Shown here: positions 9,271 to 19,002 of the stretch, one piece after another | How the letters are laid out: every line of letters begins with the position of its first letter | Numbering within the stretch: position 1 is the first letter of the stretch | DNA from: Trypethelium eluteriae | Taxonomy: Eukaryota | Length of the DNA stretch: 20,889 nt | Assembly: GCA_051942245.1 (NCBI GenBank) | Contig: JAVECL010000037.1 | Span: 62,001 to 82,889 of the forward strand | Direction: 5' to 3' | The notes under the pieces: generated by a model | What the model was told of the DNA's origin: nothing | The model's database searches: none | The model's input: the letters and a program-made list of their open reading frames with translations, nothing else | Translations under genes and position numbers: made by a program

Positions 9271-11013
9271 CCTGTGGGTGCTTCGTTTCATCGTATCATG
9301 TATCTGCACATTTTTACCTTCGAGACGTCAACCGAAATCGTCCAAAATTCAACAGGACGTGATTTTTGATTACCTGATAGTGAAAGCAATCGAAAAGCGA
9401 AGGTAGTCGAAAGAAACTCGAGATGTGCAACCAACGAAGATCTCCTTTGACAGTGCGAAATGTCCTGGCCAGACACGCAGATAATCAATTGCTAGTTATT
9501 AGATTGATTCTGTCTCATTTTCCCCCTCCCCATGTATTCGGTCCTCCTCAGTTTGAGATCTTTTATAAGCAATGGAACTTGAAGATGGGCAGGGAGATCA
9601 GATCGTCTGTACTGGTTTCCTGTGCTAGGCATTGCAACTGTGGATGACCGATTCTTCTGTCGTTCAATGACCCAAGGATGGATACCACTTTTATACTGCA
9701 AAGTATTGGATTGCCTGACGCGTCGGCATTCTTGATCTAATTGTGTTACATTGACTCTCTTCCAAGGTTGAATTGACTTGTCTGCAATAAACTGCATTAC
9801 TACGTACTAACCTTGATATTTGTGTTGGGCTCCTTGCATACTCGAATGATAGGAATATCGAAGCATTGAAGGCCCTCCAAGTCACCTAAAAAGATTTCAA
9901 GCGCAGTCGACGTATTCGCTAGGTCTGGAAACCTGAGAGTCTTCCAATGATCCACAGAGGGCTTGCGCAATGACCATACATGCCTTGAGATTGTTTGACC
10001 GATATCTGTGAAATATATACCTTACGTGATTCAGTCACTTAAGCAAGCTTCCGAAGATTACTCTGCTGTTAAGTGAGTACCTCTTTAATGTTCCTTTGAC
10101 TTGAGAGAGTAAGATGGCAACAATAGCACCGTGTCCGTGCGCTTGTAGCCGCTGGTTCTAGTCGTGACGTCTAAGGATGTATCAGCACCTGTTCTCCTGC
10201 TGGGCGAAGCTTTGTCTGTGGGTGCAAGAAGATGCAGGTCAGTATTTTCTGATGCGAGCCCGTCTGATGTATGTGTTGATCGCATATCTGCCAAAGCTCG
10301 ACGTAAGTTTTGAAGACCGAGAACCCTAAATCAATACTAAGGTCCCGACGAGATCCAGCTTGAACCTTATTCGACCTTACCGAAGCTAATTATATCGGTG
10401 GTTGCTTGCTGGTTGAATGTGGTGTCTCCTATTCCCATAGTTGTGGGGACGTCGTTCCATACCCCAGAAGGATTAGTAGGCAGGGAGTTCAGGGGTCCGT
10501 AGCCGCTAGACCCCGGCAGGCATGCTTAAACACGAATTTCCAAAATTAGAGATGGAAGACCAACGTGTTTCACATACGCTCGTATGAAGTAAGCATTATT
10601 GCAAGAATGCTGCAATTACTTCCCCTCTTTCCAAAGACTATACTCCGTACAGCGCCAATGTCTCTCGTCCCTACTCTCACTCCAATGCGCTCCGAACTTC
10701 CAAGTAAGATCAATCAATGGTCGCAGTTGATTGACATGGCCCTAGGCCCTCATCATTAACATCCGATACGAGACCTAAATCCTTTCTCGTTTGTCATATC
10801 CGTGAGAACCTACTTTTCTCTTCCTAGTTAGGTTTCGCGCCTTTGTACCCCGCACCTTCAAGGCAAGGAGGACCGTTTGGATGTCTCTAACCCCGCCCTC
10901 TTCACGAGCCGTCGTACGCCATGACGTCTATCAGAGTCTGGTGTTCGCTGAGACAATGTAGTCTTTGCACAGTCATCAGATCTTTGTTCAGTAGATTGTG
11001 CCTTGCAGTTCTC

Positions 11014-13623
11014 ATGTTCACTTGCACTATGTGGGCTTTGCTGCATTTAGCGTACATCCCATTTGCAAGTCCCGGCGCCTCGTCGAAGTTTCGGGGGAAC
11101 GATGCCCACTGTAGTAGTGCTCAGGTCTCTGATTGGCGAGTTCGGCTCCAGAATTCTCCTCGTTGAGATCGCAGTATAACCACAATGACAGACGGACTGT
11201 TCGACCTCGAGCACTGGAATATCCTTCACTTACTGGGAACAAGATGCTGACCTGGAAGATCCAGACTGGTAAGACTTTACCTCGCTTTCGTTATCCCCGG
11301 GAACGTGTAACTAAGAGATACCATCATTGTCGTCACTAACGTCCTCCACAGGGATGAATCAAGTGCTACTGCTGTCACCAGTTCATGGGAGTCGCAGCCC
11401 TTTGCAAGCGTAACTAGTATTTCCACCACCGCGACAGAGCCTACCGCGGCCTGTTCGTCCTCAAGCACTCAATTTCACCTTAGCGACCCTCCTTATGAGA
11501 ATTACTTTTACTCCGACTGCAATCTAAGTGCACAAGTAGTAGTGACTAGTCCTTTGTCAACTAATGATCTCACTATAATTGGACCACGCCTTTTAGTCAG
11601 TGTTTTCTTCCTACTCGTTGACTTGTCCTTCTGACAGTATATCTAGGTCGCATGGCCTGCTGGAAACAGCGGAGGTGTCGTATTTTTCGAGCCAGACAAC
11701 GGTGTCAATGGATCACTTGGTATTCAGTTGACCAACTTTACGCCTATAGGTGAATCGCTGGTGCCGTATTATCAGGCGACAAATAGTAATAGCTTGTCCG
11801 GCAACCCGAGAGTGGGCGTTACTGGAAGTATTCAGTTCAACTCCTCAGCAGTTCTCACTATATACATCCTTGGTAGTATAAGGACCATTCGAGACTTCGT
11901 CGAAGGTCCAAGTATATTAGTGCCTGAAATCCAGGATGCAATCACCTTTTCGCCTCTTCCTAATGCGGGTGTTTCATTGTCGAGGATATGGCTGGACAAT
12001 CGTACTACCACAGAATTAATATTCGAGCCCCAAAACGGTTCATCCGCGACAATCAACGGCAAGACTGTTCGGTTCGATGCGGGAACTTACAATTTCACAG
12101 CAACATTTGACTACCCACAATTAGATCAGCTGACAGCGACGGAGGTGCTCGCCCCTCAATCTCAATACCTTATTACCCAGCAGCCGGAACAGACAGAATC
12201 TCTGTCATTCTTGTCATATAATACGAAGCTCCTCGCAGGAGGTTGGCGTTTCCTTACATATTTTGGCCGAGATAGCATGATCTCTCTGCTTTTGCTACAG
12301 CCTGTGCTGAGCGAAGGACAGGAAGGGGCTATTGAAGCCGTCATCAGCGCAGTACTCGAGCGGGTCAACCGCTCGGATGGTAGTGTCTGTCATGAGGAAA
12401 CGATAGGAGATTATGCAACCTACCTGAATCAACAGGCCGGAATAGATAGTACTGCACCTCAGTATGACTATAAGATGATCGACTCAGACTATTATCTACC
12501 TGTCGTCGTGAAGAATTACTTCGTCGATACAGCGACTGGCCAAAATCGGAGTTCAGCGTTCTTTGCTACCAACGCTTCCGTCAATCCGGCAAACGTCGGC
12601 TTGACATACTCAGACCTGGCTCTCATCACCGCCGAGAAGATAATGAACACATCCGGACCATTTGCAAGTCCAGGCGGACAAACTCGGGATAATCTCATCC
12701 ACTTGAAGGACGGCCAAGTCGTAGGACAATGGAGAGATAGCACTTACGGCATCGGTGATGGGCGAATCCCCTACGATGTCAACACAGCCCTGGTTCCTGC
12801 TGCTCTCCGGGCCATATCAGCCCTATCCAACACTGGCTTCTTCCCGCAGCACCCAGACTGGAACAGCACCGCAGCAGCATACTCACAGGTCTGGGAGGAC
12901 GCAACGCTCAGCTTCTTCGAAGTCACCATCCCCGTCGCCGAAGCCCAGTCGCTCGTCGAGCAGTACGTCCAAGCCTCCAACTTCAGCGGTCCGGCCAACA
13001 CCACTAACCTCACCTCGGACGTGACCTTCCACGGCCTCGCCCTCGACGGAAATGATAACCAGTCCCTCGTCCGCGTCATGAACACTGACGACTGCTTCCG
13101 CCACTTCCTCCTCAACACCACCAACCAGGCCCAGCTCACCGCCTTCGTCAACCAGACCGCGACTCACATCCTCCAGACTTTCCCCCTCGGCCTCTCCACT
13201 TCCGTCGGCATGCTCATCAGCAACCCGGCCTACGGCGGCGACCCCGTCTACGCTGCGAACTGGACGACTTCCGCCTATCACGGTACTGTCGTCTGGAGCT
13301 GGCCGTTGGCGATGATGGCGGCGGGGCTGGAGCGCCAGTTGGGCCGTTGCAATGCGTCGATGACGCCCCCGGACTTTTGCGCAGATGGCCAGGTCTATGG
13401 GAATGTGCGTGCGGCGTATAATCATCTATGGGATCTTATTCAGGCGAATGCGGCACAGTTGACGCAGGAGGTATGGAGTTGGGTCTATACGGATGACGGG
13501 TTTCAGTATGTGCCTTTGGGTTCGCTGCCGCCACCGCCAGGGATGAGTCCGACGGAGAGTGATGTAATTCAGTTGTGGAGTTTGACATTTTTGGCAGTCA
13601 CGAGGAATGAGAACTTGAGTTAG
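11014..13623 (+). CDS. Putatively secreted glycogen-debranching-enzyme-like (six-hairpin glycosidase-type) glycoside hydrolase
   Basis: The final exon 11647-13623 carries WRFLTYFGRD, CHEETIGD, GQWRDSTYG, YHGTVVWSW and QLWS motifs and many N-x-S/T sequons. Exon 11352-11595 (LSDPPYENYFYSDC...GPRLL) is joined through intron 11596-11646 (GTCAGT...CTGAC...TAG). Intron 11269-11351 (GTAAGA...ACTAAC...CAG) links to exon 11192-11268. The start codon is uncertain: ATG 11014 or 11029 gives the hydrophobic MWALLHLAYIPFAS but needs a weak donor. Confidence 0.8.
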
Positions 13624-14037
13624 GTGTGGTACAATGAGGGGCCGGCGAGAGTGAACGAGTGTCTTTTGGAAAATGTAGTTTTGGGCGTTCTGAGTTGGAC
13701 TTAAATAAGTCAGGGCAAAGGAGGAAGAAGCTGGATATTGCAAGTAGCAGCATTCCGTGTACTGACGTGATACTTCCTGTACCAATCGATCCGGGCTCCC
13801 TAGTCACCAAAGCACGGGAAAGCTTATAAGACAATGAGATCGATTTTGTAGGATCGTAGAGTGACGGTCAAGAGGAACTAGAGACTCAAGCCTTGCGATC
13901 CGATGAACTCCAACACCTGCAGAAATGTTAGAGTCGAGAAACGTACACCGGTACACGTATGCCCACTACTGGGATCTAAGATGGCTTTATACAGGACCGC
14001 CAAAATTATCCAGCGGATGAAATCGATATACTGAACA

Positions 14038-16096
14038 TCACTTCAGCGGAGGTTGGAAAGAACCGGCAGTATTGTTGTCAATGAGGATGTAGTCATGGAT
14101 CAAAGATCCGTTCAGAACTTTGCCAATCTGCTCATCGGTGCACGTTTCCCGTAATTTGTATGTATAGCAGGTCGGCTGAGGGGCTTTTGGGACTGGGTTC
14201 TTGATGTGCCATGTTGAATTCGGTCCAGAGGTCTTGTATGTACTGCCGTCCATAGGCCAGGTCGGAACGATGCCGGTAGCAAGGTCTTTATTGAACACGG
14301 CGCGCTGAAAAATCTCAAGGGCGGTCTGGGGTTGGTATGCAGGAACTTCGTGACCAGCCTGATACACCCTGGAAAATGAAAAATTGCTGAACTGACGGAC
14401 CTGGCCGCCTACATAGGACGAGTTGACTTGTATGTCGGTATAGCCAGCATCATGGAAGTCCCTAGTGTGAGAGTAGTTGACAGCCAAAGAAACACTTTCA
14501 CCTCCAATCCAGTTGCAACAATAGTCGCGGTCGCCATAGACCATGGCGACTTTGATACCGCTGTCTAGAATGTAGGCTAGATCTTCAAGGAGGCCTCCGC
14601 GCGCGCCATCGCCAGTGCTGTAGAATCCAAAATGCACGGGGTCAGCACCAGAGCTGGAGTAATTCACGGGAACTCCCAACGCAGCTTGAACGTGAGGGCG
14701 ATTTAGGAAACCAATGTAAAAGCTTGGTGGGAAAGGGTTCGGATCAATCGCAGAAATATCATAATAATTACGACCACTGTACTCGGTGTATAATCCCTCA
14801 ACATGATGGGCTCGAAAACTAGCTATTTGACAAGCGTCGGCGACCATGGGGTTGTCACCTTGGTTTCTCGGATCTGAGACTGCTGCCTTTGCTCGACAAT
14901 TGGCAATAGAGTCTCTAACGCCGTGCGGCCCATAAAATACATCGAGGGCTTTACTATGAATCGATTCGTTGATGGCCTGGATCCCGTACGTGTTGTTGTA
15001 TGCAAATCGGGGATAGCTCGGTACCATGAGTTGGAGATCTACGCATCCGTTGATGATTCCAAGTGTATCGAGATGCATGTAGTAAGTCTCACCAGCTTCA
15101 TTCCATGTCCCATTTTTTATCTTCATATTTTGCTCCTGGAAGAAAGCAGTGAAGGCGGGGCCGTAGTGACCTCCATAAGATTCTGTCCAGATCGAGATCT
15201 TGTCGTCATTCGGTTTGTACTCGGGAAATGACTGGAACCAGACCTGAGCAAAATGCCATAGAGCACGAGCTGCATTTGTGGTTCCGTTGGCAGAAGTATG
15301 ATTGTTTTGGCTAGGGAATGTTCCCACGAGGAACGTATGGTTTTGCATGGGAATTGTGCCGTTCGGAAAGCCAATCGTAATATTGCGGGATGGATCTAAC
15401 AGATCCTGGGTACCGTTGACTAGATCATCGAATGAAAATCCGGTCTGGTTCGGCTGATCAATGTAGAGCATGTTTACTTCGTTGTTCCAAGAGTATGGGT
15501 TCAGAGTTGTGGAGTTTGAGTCCGCATTAACGGTGCAGGGTCCATTTTCGTGCATCAAGCCGATCATCGAGGAGCTTCCGGGACCGCCATTCATCCAAAT
15601 TGATAGCGGTGCATTTTTTGGATCCTTGCGGCTCTCGAAGAACCAGAAAAAGGTGTTGATAGAGTAGTTCTGGGCTTCCCCAAGGTCATCTAGGACGTGC
15701 GGGGGAAGGTGGACGTATCCAGCATAAGCCTTTACCCCAGGAGTTGTTTCGCAGATGCCAGGCTAGAGAAATTAGTCAGACTTTAAGGGGAAGCGCTGAA
15801 GTTTGCTTGGAGAGTTCCAGGAGAAATGTCACAGATAACACAGCCTTCATTCGAAAGCCACGAAGAATTGCTACTCTATTCAGGAGGAAGCTGCTTAGGT
15901 TTTGAGAGAGTACACAGAGCCATGCTGGAGACATCCAGCTAAAAAAATCCTTACTCACCTCCTTGTACGAAATATAGACGTCGCTGTTAAGCTGCGAGTT
16001 GACCTTGGTGATATTTTGAGGTGTTGGAGGGAAATATTGAGCGGTAGAGTAGGAGATTATGGAGAAAATGCCAAGAAAGAATTGCGGGAGCTGCAT
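14038..16096 (-). CDS. Secreted serine carboxypeptidase, peptidase family S10 (carboxypeptidase S1-like), ~620 aa
   Basis: Exon 1 (16096-15959) encodes the signal peptide [20 protein letters not shown]. Intron 15958-15763 reads GTGAGT...CTAAT...TAG, and exon 2 spans 15762-14038. Motifs are [39 protein letters not shown] (catalytic Ser), YGDRDYCCN (Asp) and AGHEVP (His). Confidence 0.96.
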
Positions 16097-16237
16097 GTTT
16101 GCACCTGGTTCGACGAGTAAACGGATAAATGCTCAGACTGTATGAGTATGCTAATGGAGGAGGAAGACTGCCAAGGAGGCTTTGGATGCTCCGTCTCGAA
16201 CCTCCTGGCCTTACTGATGTGCATGACGCAGAACGTG

Positions 16238-16418
16238 CCTTACCGCGGTTGGGGGGCTCCTCAACCGGTAATCAATACAATGTTACCTCAGTTCAACTGT
16301 TATGACTATTTTGGCCCATGTTAAGGCGGCGTTATCATGGGCTAACAAGGTCATAATAGTAAAGTCGTAATAACATTGTATTGATTACCAGTTGAGGAAC
16401 CCCTCAACCGCGGTAAGG
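16238..16418. repeat. 181-bp ungapped imperfect palindrome (foldback / MITE-like or hairpin-RNA-like)
   Basis: Arm 16238-16327 aligns without gaps to the reverse complement of 16329-16418. By manual count the match is 45/48 in the outer arm and about 72/90 overall. Confidence 0.93.
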
Positions 16419-16693
16419 TGGTTTCTGGAAGTAAAGCCATGGTAGGAGACGCTGTTGTGCATACAAAAACTTCGTGTCTACTATAAGCCTTCTTTTCCTG
16501 GTATAGTACCTGCCCTACTTCGATTCCACGGATAGAAGCTTTCGGCAGGATCTTTCAAAGGCGAGCGGAGACCGGGCTACGGGAGAGGACCTAAAATCCG
16601 AGGAAACCCTATAAACAGTTCTGAAGATGAGATTCTCCTGTTTCGAAAAAGATTGGTGCAGCGAAGCATATTCCCTCGTACGCCATATGTAAA

Positions 16694-16727
16694 TCGAGTC
16701 GCTCGAGTCGCTCGAGTCGCTCGCGTC
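16694..16727. repeat. 9-bp tandem repeat (TCGAGTCGC)x3 plus a partial copy
   Basis: Direct reading: tcgagtcgc tcgagtcgc tcgagtcgc tcgcgtc. Confidence 0.9.
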
Positions 16728-16854
16728 AATGCGAGATCAGGCCGGGGAATGTCCGCAATCAGAGCTAGACCTCTTTGGCGTCATAATTTCTACACTTTCT
16801 AATCTTTGATCTTCAATGCCCACTGAACGCCATTGATCTGACTTATTGCAAAGA

Positions 16855-16875
16855 GAATTAAGGAATTAAGGAATT
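16855..16875. repeat. 8-bp tandem repeat (GAATTAAG)x2.6 just upstream of the DUF1772 start codon
   Basis: Direct reading: gaattaag gaattaag gaatt. Confidence 0.8.
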
Positions 16876-16893
16876 CTGAACCAGATCCGCACC

Positions 16894-17609
16894 ATGTCGC
16901 AACAACCCAGTCTTTTCTATCACGAAACAGCTCCAGTAGCCGTGCGTATTGCCACAGCAGTTGGCATAACAATGGCTGGATTCATTGCCGTATGGATTTC
17001 CCACCCCCAAGCCGTGATGTGTTTGATTAATAGCATGCTCCCAGGGTCAAACAGCATCAGCAAGCTATCTGGCGATACCCGCTCTGATGGAAGCCCCAGC
17101 ACCTCTTCTTGCGAGGCAATGGAAGAAGCTCTACGATATTGGCTTCAGCATTGGCCCGGCTGCATATCTCATTAGTTCCTCAACCTTTGGATGGTTGGCG
17201 TCTCGAGGTATAGCTACTGTATCGATCGCTTTTGGTTGCTTTGGCTGACAGAAATCTCGATGCAGAGCCCACGTCCTCTTCTGCCTTCAAACTATACGTG
17301 ACCGCAGCAATCCTGATACCATCTTCGATTCCGTACACTATCCTGCTGATACAACCTACCAACGATAAGCTGGAACAAAAGGTCAAGTCTTTTGCTAATA
17401 CGAGTTTGACAGACGCAGCTGTTGAGGCTGGCGTGAGCAAAGAAGAGACGACACATGCACTCGTTGACAAGTGGGCAACGTTGAATATTGGTCGCGCGGT
17501 CATCTCAGTCACTGGGACACTCTGTGCAGCGTATGCAGCACTCAGCAAGATTGATGTTCGTGGTTTTTCATCGGTCGGCTTGGGTAGCGGTGCCAATAGA
17601 CTGGGTTGA
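16894..17609 (+). CDS. DUF1772 / anthrone-oxygenase-like small multi-pass membrane protein, ~200 aa
   Basis: Exons 16894-16989, 17045-17207 and 17266-17609 are separated by GT-AG introns 16990-17044 and 17208-17265. The start has a good context (caccATG). There are four hydrophobic segments and family-typical motifs IPALMEAPAPLLARQWKKLYDIG, IPYTILLIQPTNDKL and LVDKWATLNIGR. Confidence 0.88.
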
Positions 17610-18224
17610 ACCTTTATCATGGTGTGTACGAGACGATAAACATTTGCAGAGACATTGCTGTCGAGGATGACAGCCATGAGATAAGGGACATAGGGATATG
17701 ATATCCACGGAATCAGCTGATGACCATGTCAAAGAACGGGTCCTATATCAACTTAATTCCAGCCACGAAAAATCAGGGTTGTGATGGCGGTGCCTTATCA
17801 ATGCTATAGAGCGACAAGGCAAATCAGCCAGGCTCTGCTTTACGCTAAAGCATGTCTTGCGTCTAGAACTATCAGTCCTGCTTTGCTGGAGTTGGCTCTT
17901 CATCTCTGTTAGCAACAGTCTGTCTACGTTGGGAATGTAGCTTGATGATTTTAACACAAACCCTCCCAAACAATATGCCCTAGTCCGGCAATCTTGTCGC
18001 CTCGGATGGGTTTTGTATTCTGCCGCAATTGATGTGGCTTTTATGTCGTCGGCAGGGAGGATTCTCGAGCTCGACCGACTGCATTTGGCCACCGCCAGCT
18101 CAGGTACTTCACCAACCAGCATGCTCGAAGCAGTTCCGCCAAACCGGCACGGCCGAGTATGGCATCGGCGAGGCGCAGCAGTGCAGCCAAAATCTGGGCC
18201 CTGCATAACGAGCTAGGGAGGCGT

Positions 18225-18249
18225 GAGAGGCCAGAGAGGCCAGAGAGGC
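18225..18249. repeat. 9-bp tandem repeat (GAGAGGCCA)x2.8
   Basis: Direct reading: gagaggcca gagaggcca gagaggc. Confidence 0.8.
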
Positions 18250-19002
18250 GACCAAGCCGTGCGGACTGGGCTTCTCACTCGCCTCTCAGCGCTGACATTC
18301 GGCCTGGCGTGCCTGGCCGCCAGTCGAGTGCATTGCGCGGTTTCCCCGCCCTGGTCTACTCCACTTGCAGTGCTGCATGTCCAGCTCCTACAAATGCCTC
18401 ACGCCGGCTGGCAAATTGAAGTACCGAAGTACTCCGTACTCCTCGGTGTCCTCCTCCCTTTCTCTCTCCTCAGCTGCTCAAGTCACTCGCCCATCCTCTG
18501 TCGTCTCATTGTGCGTTATCATTGCTCTTGCGAGTGTCGCGCGCACTGGTCGCGTGTCATCGGTTACCGGGATAAAGCGTGGGAGGTGGGGCAGCAGCGA
18601 CCCTTTATCGCGGCTATCGCCGTCATCACATTCTTGAACGAGCTTCAGTGACTTTCACTCCACCAACCTCTTCATTCTCTGCGGAGGGCCCTGGTGGGGT
18701 CATTCGCATAAGAGTTCAAGTTGGTCTTACGACTTGCGCAGTTGCTGGCCTTCGTTCACCCACATCACGGCATTGCCAACTCTAATGGACGGCATAGTTC
18801 TCTTTCCGCTTAAGGAACTATAGCACATGAAAGTACCTTCGAGCTAAGCGCTCATGAGAGTGACACCGGTTGACTGACCCAGAGCTCTTGGTGTCGAACT
18901 TGTACGATTCGATTTAAAACGTCAATTCCCATCGAAACGGGACTCAGAGCTGGAGAAGTAAGCCCCAGTGACGGCTGACACCGTCTGCTACGGCCAGGCA
19001 GC

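Noticed and set aside
12771..13785. Antisense ORFs of 126, 180 and 119 aa over the glycoside hydrolase
   Set aside because: Explained by the strong third-position bias of the sense gene, which suppresses antisense stops.
16238..16727. CRISPR array or tRNA/rRNA interpretation of the repeats
   Set aside because: The context is eukaryotic, there is no repeat-spacer periodicity, and no cloverleaf or rRNA signature is visible.
2166..17609. One functional secondary-metabolite cluster (BBE oxidase, SDR, O-methyltransferase, DUF1772)
   Set aside because: No PKS, NRPS or terpene core gene or cluster regulator is in the window, two members are pseudogenes, and the genes are interleaved with unrelated secreted hydrolases.
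17180..17677. 165-aa minus-strand ORF
   Set aside because: Antisense to exon 3 of the DUF1772 gene, which has clear family motifs and splice sites.
17748..18651. 152-aa (-) and 142-aa (+) ORFs upstream of the F-box gene
   Set aside because: GC-rich promoter/leader sequence with simple repeats and CT tracts; the translations show no recognisable domain.
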